This document shows positions 12,465 to 24,427 of a stretch of 64,000 nucleotides of DNA, piece by piece. Below the pieces are notes generated by a model. It had not been told where the DNA came from, did not search any database, and saw only the letters and a program-made list of their open reading frames with translations. This DNA is from the human T2T-CHM13v2.0 reference genome, Homo sapiens. The stretch lies in assembly GCF_009914755.1 (NCBI RefSeq), contig NC_060934.1. One strand, given 5' to 3'. Every line of letters starts with the position of its first letter. Within the stretch, counting starts at the first letter, position 1. The position numbers and the translations under genes were made by a program.

Positions 12465-13520
12465 ACAGCTTTATTGTGATATAATTCACCTATAATTCAT
12501 GCAATTCATCTTTTTAAAGGGTACAATTCAGTGAATTGGAGTATATTCACAGAGTTGTGCAACCACCACCACTATCTAATCTGTGATCATTTTCATCAAC
12601 CCAAAAGGAAACCTCGTACCATTAACAGTCACTCCCCATTCCTTCCTTCCCCTAACCCCTGGCAACCACTAATCTGCTTCCTGACTATGGGTTTGTCTAT
12701 TCTGGACATTATTATAAATGGAATCATACAGTATGTGGTCTTCCGTGATTGGGTTCTTTCACTTAGCATCATGCTTTCAAGGTTCATCTATGTTGTAGCA
12801 TGAATCAGTAAATCATTCTTTTTTACTGGCAAATAGTATTCGCTTGTGTGGATATACTACACTCTGCATATCCATTCATCAGTTGATGGACATTTAGGTT
12901 GTTTCCACTTTGGAGCTATTATAAATAGTGCTGCTTTGCTTGGTGCGGTTGCTCACACCTGTAATCCCAGCCCTTTGGGAGTCCAAGGCGGGCAGATCAC
13001 CTGAGGTCAGGAGTTCGCGGCCAGCCTGGCCAACATGGCAAAACCCCGCTTCTACTAAAAATACAAAAATTAGCTGGGCATGGTGGCGGGAACCTGCAAT
13101 CCCAGCTACTTGGGAGGCTGAGGCAGGGAGAATCGCTTGAACCTGGGAGGCAGAGGTTGCATTGAGCTGAGATCGCGCCATTGCACTCCAGCCTGGGGGA
13201 CAGAACAAGACTCTGTCTCAAAAAAAAAAAAAAAGTTTCTTGAACATTCAGGTAGTAGTTTTTGTATGGACATGCTTTTTCACTTCCCTTGGGTATACGC
13301 CTAGGAGTGTATATACTAGGAGCGGAATTGCTAGGTCACGTCATAACTCTATGTCATAAACTTACTGTTTAACATTTTTGACGACCTGCCAGACTGTTTT
13401 CGTCAGTAGCTGCCCCATTTTACATTCCTACCAGCAATATATAAGGTTCTAATTTCTCCACATCCTCACCAACATTGTCATTGTCTTTTTGATTAAAGCC
13501 ATCCTAGTGGATATGTTCTT
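12465..13520 (-). mobile_element. Old L1M-type LINE 3' fragment, interrupted by an Alu
   Basis: Phrases typical of reversed L1 3' ends (GGTACAATTCAGTG, CCATTCATCAGTTGATGGACATTTAGG, CATTCCTACCAGCAAT); ends approximate. Confidence 0.75.
12937..13234 (+). mobile_element. Alu SINE (AluS-like) nested in the L1 fragment
   Basis: Dimeric Alu with A-tail. Confidence 0.95.
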
Positions 13521-13838
13521 TGCTTTTTTAAAACATCTTTTAAAATCACATCTGTTTATGCCTACGTAGACTGTTGTTTAGTTTTACTTGTGTTTGAACT
13601 TTATAGAAAGAGCATCATTACAGCATGTTGTCTTCTGAGACTTGCTTCTTCCACTCAAAATTGTGCTTTTGATATTCTATGTTGATGCTTATGCTGTGGT
13701 TCATTCGTCATCATTATTTCATTATATTCCACTGCACAAACTATATCCTGCATTAGCTCAGGTATTCCTTCTCCTGTCATGGGCACTTGAGTTGGTTTCA
13801 TTTCGTTGTTTTACAAACAGTGCTACCTGTACATTCTT

Positions 13839-14057
13839 TTTTTAAAACTTTAAGTTCTGGAGACAAGTGCAGAATGTATAGTTTTGTTACATAGGTATAC
13901 ATGTGCATGGTAGTTTGCTGCACCTGTCAACCCATCATCTAGGTTTTAAGCCCTGTATGCATTAGCTATTTGTCCTAATGCTCTCCCTCCCCTCACCCTC
14001 CACCCCCCAACTGGCCCCAGTGTGTGTTGTTCCCCTCCCTGTGTCCTTGTGTTCTCC
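13839..14057 (-). mobile_element. 5'-truncated primate L1 (L1PA-like) 3' end with target-site duplication
   Basis: GTTACATAGGTATACATGTG...CTCCCTCCCCTCACC...GTGTTCTC; flanked by CTACCTGTACATTCTT (13823-13838) and CTACCTGTATATTCTT (14058-14073). Confidence 0.85.
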
Positions 14058-15156
14058 CTACCTGTATATTCTTGTACATGTCTTATGCTGCACTAGGACT
14101 AAGATGTATCAAAGAGCCAAAATGCTTCATTGAAGAGTATGTGAAAGTTTGAATTTGCAAGATAATTCCTAATTGCTTTCCAAAGTGGACATCAACAATG
14201 TATAAGAGATATCATTCATCTACATACCTAGTATGGTATTCTCAAGGTGTCCTAATTATTGTTAATTGAAAATTAACAAAATATTGTTCATTGTATAATT
14301 ATTGTATAAATACTATCTTTTTGTGGCTCTGATTTGCATCATTCTGATTCCAAGGTCAACCCCATCACTTCATATATTTGTGGATGACATATTTCCTCTT
14401 GTGTCAAATGCCTGTTCCTGCCTTTCACTGATTTTTCTATTGTTTGTCCTTTCTTATTGATTTATAGGAGCTCTTTACGTAATCTTGATACTAATTCTTT
14501 ATTGGTTTTATGTATTGCAAACATCTTATTGCAATCTGTGGCGTGTCTTTTCACTCTGTTAATGATGTTTGTTGATGAAGAGAAGTGAATGTTACTGTAA
14601 TCCAATGTTTCAAATTGTTGCATCGTGATTGGTTAGCTGTTTGGGCTCTTGTCTAGTAATCCTTGTGTACCTCAAAGTGAAAAGATATTTCTTCTTCCAA
14701 GAGTTTCACAGTTTTGTTTTTTACCTTAAACCTTACTCCATCTGGGTGTATTTTTATTAAGGTTCAAGGCCATGACACGTGGAAGTGCAGGGTGTACACT
14801 GCCCAGTTCTAGGAAGAGCTGGGGGCACTCACATCAACCCTGGTAGGGAATGAGTCAGGGATCCAATTTCATTTTCCCCAGGTAGAAAACCAATTTTTCC
14901 AGCCCCACATATTGAAGAATCTCTCCTTTCTGCCATATGTTAAGGTTTCATATATATATGTGTCTGTTTCTAGACTCTGTTCTGTTCCCTGGGTCAACAA
15001 GCATTAACAGGCATTTATATTCATATTCATATGTTTTTTTTTTTTGGTCAGATGAAATACATTAACTGGTTTGAGAACAATTCTGTGTTATAAACTCAAA
15101 ATCGCCAGCAGCAAATTATTTATTACAAGACTTAAATTTTTATTTTATCCCCTAAG

Positions 15157-15282
15157 GATAAATGCTACCAGTATTGGCCAACCGAGGGCTCAGTTACTCA
15201 TGGAGAAATAACGATTGAGATAAAGAATGATACCCTTTCAGAAGCCATCAGTATACGAGACTTTCTGGTCACTCTCAATCAG
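15157..15282 (+). CDS. PTPRE: PTPRE coding exon (D2), DKCYQYWPTEGSVTHGEITIEIKNDTLSEAISIRDFLVTLNQ
   Basis: cctaag| acceptor, |gtattg donor, 126 nt; KCYQYWP motif. Confidence 0.95.
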
Positions 15283-16170
15283 GTATTGTTGAAGTAGCTC
15301 TTTAAACGCTTGTGAATTTAGTGAACCACGCCCTCCCTCTGGGTTCTGCTTGTCATTGAACCAGAATGTGGCCCTGCACCTGTCCTGCTCCTTCACCTAG
15401 TCCCATTGGCTATGAATGGCCAATGGGTTTCAGAGACAGTGGCAGGCCTCCTGTACAATTCCCATCTCCCTAGCTGCCTACCTCCCATTTATCTCTCAGG
15501 AGAATTACATTAGCCATTAGCTGTGAGAGGAAGAACAAAGGGGACTAATGAAGCCACAGGGGCCTCTCTGGGGCCCTCCTCCAGGTGCCTTCTCAGAGCC
15601 CCCCAACTGTCCCCATTTCCACTGGGTCCTTGGTTCTGCTCATCCTCTCTCCTTGGCAAAGAATGAGAACTTGGGGTCAGCTGTAGGTAGGATGACTCAC
15701 TTGTACACAGGTCTTGATGCTGAGCTCCAAACAGTCAGTATCACGTAATGCACCTGCCACTGTCTCCTCCATGCCAGCCACAGAGCCACCCCGGCCACCA
15801 GACTCAGATGCTGCTCATTTGAGCTCTGAAGGGAAATGCAGGGCCCTGGTTTCTTGAGAAAGTGATTCCCTTCTCTCCAGCAGAGCTGCCAAGGATCCCG
15901 TAGGGGTTGGGCAGTCCTCACAGGGATCCAGGGGATGTCCTCTGGACGGCTCGCTCCCCCTTGCAGAAGGAAGCACAGCCAGCCACCTGCCTTCTTCTTT
16001 AGGGCAAGCAGGTTTCAGCCTTCTCCTTCAGGCTGCCTCGGTGGGGATGTTGGCAGCACAGAAGGCTCAGGGAGGGCTCCCAGCCTTGGCCAATCCCTGA
16101 GAGGGCAGATGGGGCTGGGGCCTGTTCCCCGGGAGGCAGGCGACGCTGAGACCCCCTCTCCTCCCTGCAG

Positions 16171-16337
16171 CCCCAGGCCCGCCAGGAGGAGCAGGTCCGA
16201 GTAGTGCGCCAGTTTCACTTCCACGGCTGGCCTGAGATCGGGATTCCCGCCGAGGGCAAAGGCATGATTGACCTCATCGCAGCCGTGCAGAAGCAGCAGC
16301 AGCAGACAGGCAACCACCCCATCACCGTGCACTGCAG
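16171..16337 (+). CDS. PTPRE: PTPRE coding exon (D2 WPE loop), [26 protein letters not shown]...HPITVHC(S)
   Basis: ctgcag| acceptor, AG|gtgagc donor, 167 nt. Confidence 0.95.
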
Positions 16338-17719
16338 GTGAGCCCCCAGCCCGAAGCCCTCCAGGTGGGGTGGACACAGGCTGCACCCCCCCAGTACCCG
16401 CAGCTGTGGGCAGCAGAGCCTGGTCGCTGCCCCTGGCCATGGTATTCCCTAGAGTCTCCTCTCTACCTCTCCTTACACACATGCACACACGACTTCACTT
16501 AAGTACATACATGTCATCGTATCATACATAAGATGCATGTGTGTCATCTTAACATAAATGCAGAATGCACTTCAGAGGGTGGAGTTGGGAAACCACTCAA
16601 ACACACATTTCCATGTGCTTTTGAAGTCATCAAAAAATTGCCAGGCAGGGCTCGGAGGAACACACTCCTGGACTTCAAGTTCCTGGGTGGGTTTTGAGAG
16701 ACTGCCTTACTGGGCTGCATTGGCCTACACCCGCCCTCTCCCATGGGCTGGGATTCCTGGCCATATGAGGAGTCCCAACTGGGATTGTAGCCACGCTGGT
16801 CCTGCAGCCTCAGCCTGGCTCCCAAGTCAGGCCCAAAGGCAGAGGGACACCCTGGGCAGGTGGGACATGCTTAGTCCGCAGGTGAAGGCGTGAAACACAG
16901 CACGCCCAGGGGCAGATACGCAAATCTGGTCAAGCCCACCGGCCACCCACTTGCCTGCCTTCTGTGCCTCTGTAGTTCTGATCCTGCTGCACACTTCTGC
17001 TGGCAGGGACCTCGACACCCGGCAAGGTTCTTCCAAGCAGGAGCTTGGGGTGTTTCTATCCTTGGGTGGTGCTAATGTGCTCCTGAAACTGCAGTTCCAT
17101 GGCTTGTCTCACACTGGTGGCGCCCACTCTTTGTGACTGCCTTTCACCCCCACCCACTGTCCCACCCCTTATAGCTGGCAGAGCTCTCTCCCTGCCTGGA
17201 CCCCACCGGGGTGCACTCCTGGCCTGGCCAGTAGGTGGAGCACACACCTCGGTTTTTGGTTTTCCTGGTGCCTTCCAAGAAATCATTTAGGATAAACTTG
17301 AAATGAGTTCCATAGGGCACTGGAGATGCAGAGGTGAACAAGATCCCACCTGTGAGAACGCAGATGCGGGGCCGATCATTGCGGCAGGACAGGAGCCTTG
17401 GAATAAGCCCACATGTGAGATTATGGAGCACAGAGGGCAGCCAGGCATCTCCAGAAGACCTGCTGGAAGAGGCTGGTCCACCCCACCTCCTCCAGCCCAG
17501 TACACCTGGGCTCTCCTACGAGGGCCTGGGCTCTGCTCTTGTGGGGTTTATCAGCAAATGACCATGGTAAATGGAGATGACTCAAATCGGCCTTGCTGGG
17601 AAGTGTCAGTTGACTGTTCCTGGTTGTGAATGTCCTTAAACTGCCCCTCCCTTTCAGCATCACCTGTTTCAGAAGACACCCCTGGCACAGTAAGGAGAGG
17701 GTATGCCAAGATTACCTCC

Positions 17720-17815
17720 TTCCTAGACCTGAACTGGGAGGGTTTGCATTTCTGGCAAGTTCCCAGGTGCCAACTGTGCTGCTGGTCCAGGGACCACACT
17801 TTGAGAACCATTGCC
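17720..17815. mobile_element. MER5A-like hAT-Charlie DNA transposon fragment
   Basis: TGCATTTCTGGCAAGTTCCCAGGTG...GCTGCTGGTCCAGGGACCACACTTTGAGAACCA resembles the MER5A end. Confidence 0.7.
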
Positions 17816-18113
17816 CTACACAAGGAAGAGGGGAAATGGTGATACTTGCTTAAAAAATTGTCACTGGTCCTGTCTCATTTTATAAAATATCGGTCTCCTG
17901 TAATTAGGGAGGTGTTTTAGGAATTTTACATTTGCTAAATCTTGCTCAGAAGTTACACTACATACAAATGATCAAAAAAAAATTCAGTCAAACTCAGATC
18001 ATTTTCAGCGATTGTTGCTTCAGTGCTGATATGCAGGGGTTGGCTGTCAGCTCTCCATTTCTCATCCCCAAGTGCAAGTCGGATGATCTGCATTAAGCGC
18101 TTTTTCTCTGCAG

Positions 18114-18249
18114 TGCCGGAGCTGGGCGAACAGGTACATTCATAGCCCTCAGCAACATTTTGGAGCGAGTAAAAGCCGAGGGACTTTTAGATGTATTTCA
18201 AGCTGTGAAGAGTTTACGACTTCAGAGACCACATATGGTGCAAACCCTG
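18114..18249 (+). CDS. PTPRE: PTPRE penultimate exon (D2 P-loop), (S)[23 protein letters not shown]...[11 protein letters not shown]
   Basis: ctgcag| acceptor, |gtaaga donor, 136 nt; completes [10 protein letters not shown]. Confidence 0.96.
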
Positions 18250-20747
18250 GTAAGAATCTGAATAAGGATGTTACCAGAAGAGTGGAGAATTATTTCATGT
18301 TGTATTTGATGTATGTTTCATTAAAGGACCTTAAGTACATGGGGGAGGTGGGAAGGTAAAATTCCCAAGGAAAAGAGCCAGCTGCAATGTTTCGCAGTAA
18401 ACCTCTGCAGAGCCCTCCTTCCTTGGGTCTGTGACGTGGGTGTCTTCTGGGCAAGACCCGGGAGGAGGGGCCTGTCCGCCAGTTTCAATGTCTGAGACCA
18501 CTCGGAGAGACGCACTGAGGATAGGAGCTTTTGTGTCAAAGTGAACTATTCTACGAGAGTCCTGTGTGCACTGAAAAACATACTCTTATCAAGTTCAAAA
18601 GCAGCACTGAAATTTAAAATCCTGGTCCTTCTCATTTCAATGTTATACTCGTCCATGTGGCTTGTTTTCCCTGGCGGGGTCTCACTCAGCCTCAAGATAC
18701 CGTCCACGGGCTGCAGGAATCCCTAATGTATTAGTAGTTTTCCCCGTACATTCTTTCATTTCAAGGACTCCTGCTTTCTGGTTTTCAGAAGCGATTCCTC
18801 CTCACCAAATACTATGGCTCGTGCTGCTAACCCAGCGAGTACAATTTTAAAGCCTGTTACAATGCATCCTTTTTACCAAAGCTTCCCACTTCGCACCTGT
18901 CCTCCCTGCCTGCTCACTCTCCACGCTGACAATCCTGGCTCACGCAGCGCCCTGTGCATAGAGAGGCAGGAAGGAGGCCCTTCTACGTCCCCCTCACAGC
19001 AAGGCGCAGCAGGAGCGAGGACACCTGAGCTGAGGGCGGGTCTGTCCATCCACACCCAACGACCTACAGCAAAGACCATCTCTCTAAGCAGTAGCATACA
19101 GAGCTTCCCCTAGTCTTTTTAGGGACTCACAGCTCTCATTAATCTGCCTGGTCTGGCCAATATATTCTATCTTCGAGAGCATCTGTCATCCAGGTGTCCT
19201 CCCGTCTCAGCTGTGCTCTTCCTGACCGCAGCTTGCCCCTCCATGCTCCCTGACTGAGAAGCTGCCCTCAGATGTTGTGTGGCTGTCATCTGTGCTCTCT
19301 TGCCTGGTAACAGCTTGACAGAGCACTTTGTAGCCTGACTTTTAGAGTAAAGGGTCTAGTCCAATGCCTGGCCCGTGGCGAGGGCTCCAGAGCAAGTGGT
19401 GAATCAGCAAACGAATGAGGGAGAAGAGTCACTAAATAACCATCAGGCGTTGGGCGCAGTGCAACCAGGTGCCTTACAGATGTCTTTCTCATTTCATCTT
19501 CACCATCTGCTTGCCCTTGTGCCTGCTTCTGTTCACAAGGAGTGTTCTGCAGGTGCCTCCAGTTAGGACGGTTGAGGGGCCTGCCTGAGATCTTCAGGTA
19601 TTAAGTGTCAGAATGAGATTCAAACTCTATCTGATTCCAGAAGGGAAAGGCTTAACTAGTACTGTATGCTGCCAGATCTAACATTTGGCAGGGAGATTTT
19701 GGCAAAAAAAAAACACAGGCACAAAAATATTATTGAGTAAAGAGATGATTGCTGACCTGCAGGTTGATTTAGCCCTGCAGGTGAGCACAGTGGCCCAAGA
19801 ACCAGTTTCCAATTGCTGAGCACTCAGGGAAGACTTGCTTCCAGCATCCTAGGTAGGCTTTGGTTGGAACTGACATTTCAAAGGCCACAAGTACATCTGT
19901 TCTCCTGGAGTCTGTGGATTGACCAGAAATGTCTGTCTGTGACCTGAGGTGTGGCTTGTATCATCCGAGCACACTCCAAAGTACACTTCATCCATCACTG
20001 GCCCCAATCACTTGTACTCGAGACTACGTGGGATGGTCAGCAGTTAGCTGCTGTGTTAGCTATGAAAACAGAGTAATTAGTGATCGTCTCCATTTCCATC
20101 CCAGACTGAGCCAGCTTTGATATTCAGTCAATGTTGCTTTAAGTTGGAAAAGTCAATGTTGCTTTAAGCTGTTTGCCTCTTTAAAGAGAGCCTGTATATT
20201 TATTGAGAATTCCTTCTAAGAATTCAATTCCCTTTCCTTCTGAAGGCTGGGTGATCAGCTGCGTGTCTTAGTAGCCAGAAGTGAGGACCCTACAATGTGG
20301 TCTTGGCTCTTCCAACAACTTCATGCAAATTCAGAAGCAAAGTTTCAGGCTCACCTTTTCCTTCTCTGGAAAACTCAGCTCCTTCCCATCCTGGCCAGAC
20401 CGGGACTCAGGAAGGGCTAAGCTAGCTGTTTGGCATCTTTCCACCCAAAAGCATTTAGATATTTGTTCACTGTGTGCTGAGAAGAGCCCAAGTGCAATGT
20501 GTTGGAAAGAAGCAGGGAGGTGCTGAGGACAGCTCTTGGCCTCTCCGGCTTTCCAAGCCCCTGTCCCGGCCCCAAACTCACATATCCCACCCAGGGGTCT
20601 GGGAGGACCAGCCTATATATAAAACAATGTCCCTTTTGTACAGTAAATGTAGGCTTTAAAATAATCTAGATATGCATTTTATTTAACTTTTATAGATCGC
20701 TTTATGAAATTTATCTGGCAATGTTAGTACTCTGATTTTTTTCTCTT

Positions 20748-20750
<3 letters not shown>

Positions 20751-20778
<28 letters not shown>

Positions 20779-21069
20779 GAGACAGGGTCTCACTCTGTCA
20801 CCTAGGCTGGAGTGCAGTGGTGCAGTGGCACAATCTTGGCTCACTGCAATCTGCCTCCTGGGCTCAAGGAATCCTCCTGTCTCCGCTTCCCAAGTAGCTG
20901 GGACTATGGGTGTGCACCACTATGCCCAGCTAATTTTTGTATCTTTTTTGATAGAGATGGGGTTTCACCATGTTGCCCAGGCTGGTCTGGAACTCCTGGG
21001 CTCAAGTGATCCTCCTGCCTCAGCCTCTCAAAGTGCTCTTATTACAGACGTTGAGCCATTGCACCTGGC
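20751..21069 (-). mobile_element. Alu SINE (AluJ-like), antisense to PTPRE, in the last intron
   Basis: Long poly(T), TGAGACAGGGTCTCACT, CTCCTGGGCTCAAG (J-type signature). Confidence 0.93.
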
Positions 21070-21386
21070 CTGGTTTTTTGTTTTTTTTTTTAAATTCAAA
21101 AATAGTTGTTTTCCAGTTTCAATGTGAAAGCCACAGACATTTAACTCAGCCCATTAAATACACTAAGTTGAAATGTTAATACACTAACTGACACATTCTA
21201 CGTAGAAAAACAGCTTTATTTGGAATTCTGCATGTGCCTAAAAACTAAATTACGATGTGCATAAAGGTATATGGTATTTTAATGAATAGTCACACTTATT
21301 TATGTCTTGTTTTTGAGTATTTCTCCTGATTAATCAAATATATTTTTGGGAATATCATTTTAATGTGTCCTTGTTTGTCTTTTCAG

Positions 21387-21461
21387 GAACAGTATGAATT
21401 CTGCTACAAAGTGGTACAAGATTTTATTGATATATTTTCTGATTATGCTAATTTCAAATGA
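21387..21461 (+). CDS. PTPRE: PTPRE last coding exon, [24 protein letters not shown]-stop
   Basis: tttcag| acceptor, TGA at 21459-21461; DYANFK tail characteristic of PTPRE/PTPRA. Confidence 0.97.
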   Translation, partial: EQYEFCYKVVQDFIDIFSDYANFK

Positions 21462-24410
21462 AGATTCCTGCCTTAAAATATTTTTTAATTTAATGGTCAG
21501 TATATTTTGTAAAAATCATGTTAATTTATTTCATAGTTGACATTAATATCTTCCCTAATTTCTTTGTATATATTTTGTTATGCCTTAAAGGCCACCTGCT
21601 ATACAGTTGTTAAATCTTAAATATGCTTTTTAAAAATTGGAATAATGTATTAAGGTCAAATAATATCCCATAAAATATATATTTCTGCTAATATTAGTAA
21701 ATATCTTAATTTTTCATTAGATTCATATCATTTAATTTCACATATTCAACACCTTTAAATGTTGTAATCTTAATATGCGAAGTGTGCCTCTGCAAGATAC
21801 TAACACAAAGCTCATGTTAAGAAAACAGTTGAGGACTCAGAAGTCAGTTCGAAAATGCACTTTCCTAACAGTGAATTCACAACCCTGAACAGCAGCATTT
21901 TTGGAAGGCAAACTGTTCGTGATGGTACAATGTAAATGGGGACTTCTGTAAAGTTCTCAGTTTCGGTCCATGTGGTTTATCTTTACATTTTAAAGATCAA
22001 AGAAGTCTTTACAACCTGAATCCAGGTCTAAAACACACTAGAGTAGCTGGTGACTATAAATAATATTTTAAAATGCTGTGTCTACACCATCAAGACTGTG
22101 TCTACACTATCTTGGCTGAACGAGAAGAGATGTAAATGCTGGGTGGTCCCGTTGACCCACGGCGTTGGGTACAACAAAACCAGCCATCGGAGTTACACCC
22201 CAAAGCACCATTTGCTGTCCAGCTGCCTGTCGTTTGGCCCAGACCACCCTCAGAAAAAAACCAGCTGCCTCTCCCATTCTCCCCTCCCGTTCTGCCACAG
22301 CGGCCTGGGCTGGTCCAGTGCTATGCCTGGAGGCTCAACACAAAACTTCCCATCCAAACATTCAGATGAACTGAGCGTCTTACACACGCAGTACAGAGGA
22401 GCACACATTAGGATAGAAACAGTAGAATAACCACGGGCAATTAAACTTTAAATTTTCTGAGCAGCATTTTGGTATTTAAACATTTCTTGTAAAAAGCTGA
22501 GACAGTTTGTAAGAAAAGAATCCTTAAAATCTAGATTTATACCATTTTTTAAAGTCCCACCTTTCAATGTTTAATAAAACAAAAAGAGAAATCCTTAATC
22601 TAAAAGCTAAATTATTTTTGAATGGAAATACTACTGAGACCATTGACACTGGATAACAGTAATGATCCCATTACCAGATAAGATTGACTGACGGGGAAAA
22701 AAAAAAAAAAGAATGGGGTGTGAATGTACCAACACTGAATCTTACAGCAGTTATCTTTCTATGGCCATTAGGTACCTAGCAGATGTGCACAATATAAACA
22801 AAAAGATATCTGGCCTACCTTACTACTAAAAGCATTTAACACGTGCATTTTTGGTACTTTTTTTTTTGTTTTCTAAAAGCTACATAAAGGCCTTATTTGA
22901 CATTTTCACTGATAACTGATCGCACCCTCATGTTGCAGTGTTCGTCCCCTATTCATTAACAGTGTGTGCAAATGCAACCCCAGGACACATTATTGTTCTG
23001 ATAGATGCTCACAGGGAATCAAGCTTCTCGCCCACTCCACGGCTCTGAGCCCCATCCAAGGGCAAGACTTGGTGCCCAGCTGGAAGGACGAAAGCACACT
23101 TTGTGACCGCCATCCTCACCAGCTGCATGCCTGGGCTGCACACTGCTGAACGTGCTCCTCTCTCCTTCTCTGTACAATGATTCAGCATCTCGGCGGAAGA
23201 GGAAAATGGAGCTTTTTGAGGCTCGCCAGGTCCCTTTTGTTTTCACCATTAAAATTCCAAACCCAAAGCCTTTGTTTGACTGAAGGAGAAGAGAGGGAAG
23301 TAAGCTTCTGTTCAGCACCTGAACCCTAGAAAAAGAGCCAGTTTGCTACGATGAAGGTGACATTTCTCTGGTCATTTATTTGAGAGTTCGAAGTCAAAGT
23401 CGAGGGGCACCGGCTTTGGTTCATGTCTAGGAGCCCTCTGTCAGAATCCTTGAAGCCCTTTAATGGTCTAACTGGCATCTCTTGTATCAAGAAGTACCTT
23501 TAAGGTAGACCTTTTCAGGGTGCCCTCAGGAAAGGGCCCTGCTCATGTTTTTTTCCTGTCCCCTTAGACCAACCCCAGGTGTCCACTGCAGGGGTTCTGC
23601 CTGTTCCCAAACTTTTTCCATTCCAGGAACAAAGGAGAAGCCACTTTCCCCAGGACGCAAGACTCTCCCCTCCACTGTCCGGGACAGCGTTCGCCCTTTA
23701 GCGGGGAGGTCATTACAGCCTCATGGCCTCTACCAAGGCCCCAGATCACAGGATCTCCTGGGCCTTGGAGCACCTCACGCTGGGGGAATCAATCCCTGAG
23801 GGACTCAGAATCTTCTCCGTGCAACCTGGAAAGTTCATCTCTTGTTTCCTTCAGTCAAAGAAAGTCCATTGTACATAACAAAACAGCCCCCAAACAGCCC
23901 AGTGCCGACACCATTGTTCCTTTCACACTTTCCTTTGTTGCATGCAGTTGGGTTCAAATGCCAAATAGTGATTAGAAGACGACCATTCTGATCTGTGTGT
24001 GATCTGGTCACTATGTGACTGCCTTTACGGTTTCTCTCCATGTGCTATATGAATGAAGAATGCATACCAGTGTTTTAAAAGGTATTTTTATGTGTTTTTA
24101 AACACTTTTTTAAATGAGCCTGACACCTGTGTTTCAGCATTTGGAGACATCCCCATGTTATTCTTTTAAGTGTATAATTACTGATACTTTTTTGTTTGTT
24201 TGTTTAACTAAGTTGTGTTTAACTTATGTGCAGTCTTTATAATGTATGTATGTTATTACAGTTTCAACTATCATATTTTCTTTGATTACATTTATAATTT
24301 GATCTTGCTCTGATTATAATGCCAGTGAATGTTGCTGAACTCTTTGTATATGCAAATTGCAAGATTTAAACCATTCTGATGCAAGGATAAACCTTTACTT
24401 TGACTACCAG
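21462..24410 (+). other. PTPRE: PTPRE 3'UTR (end approximate)
   Basis: Follows the stop; AU-rich, no obvious interspersed repeats; candidate signals AATAAA 22573-22578 and GATAAA 24386-24391. Confidence 0.75.
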
Positions 24411-24427
24411 CCTGTGTTTTTGTCTTT
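24386..24427 (+). terminator. Candidate distal poly(A) site of PTPRE (variant GATAAA hexamer plus GU/U-rich downstream element)
   Basis: GATAAA 24386-24391, CA at 24408-24409, then CCTGTGTTTTTGTCTTT; upstream TGTA motifs. Confidence 0.55.

Noticed and set aside
20126-20168. 18-bp direct repeat AGTCAATGTTGCTTTAAG with a 25-bp period (similar micro-duplications near 22075 and 26430)
   Set aside because: Two copies only; ordinary slippage duplication with no functional cue.
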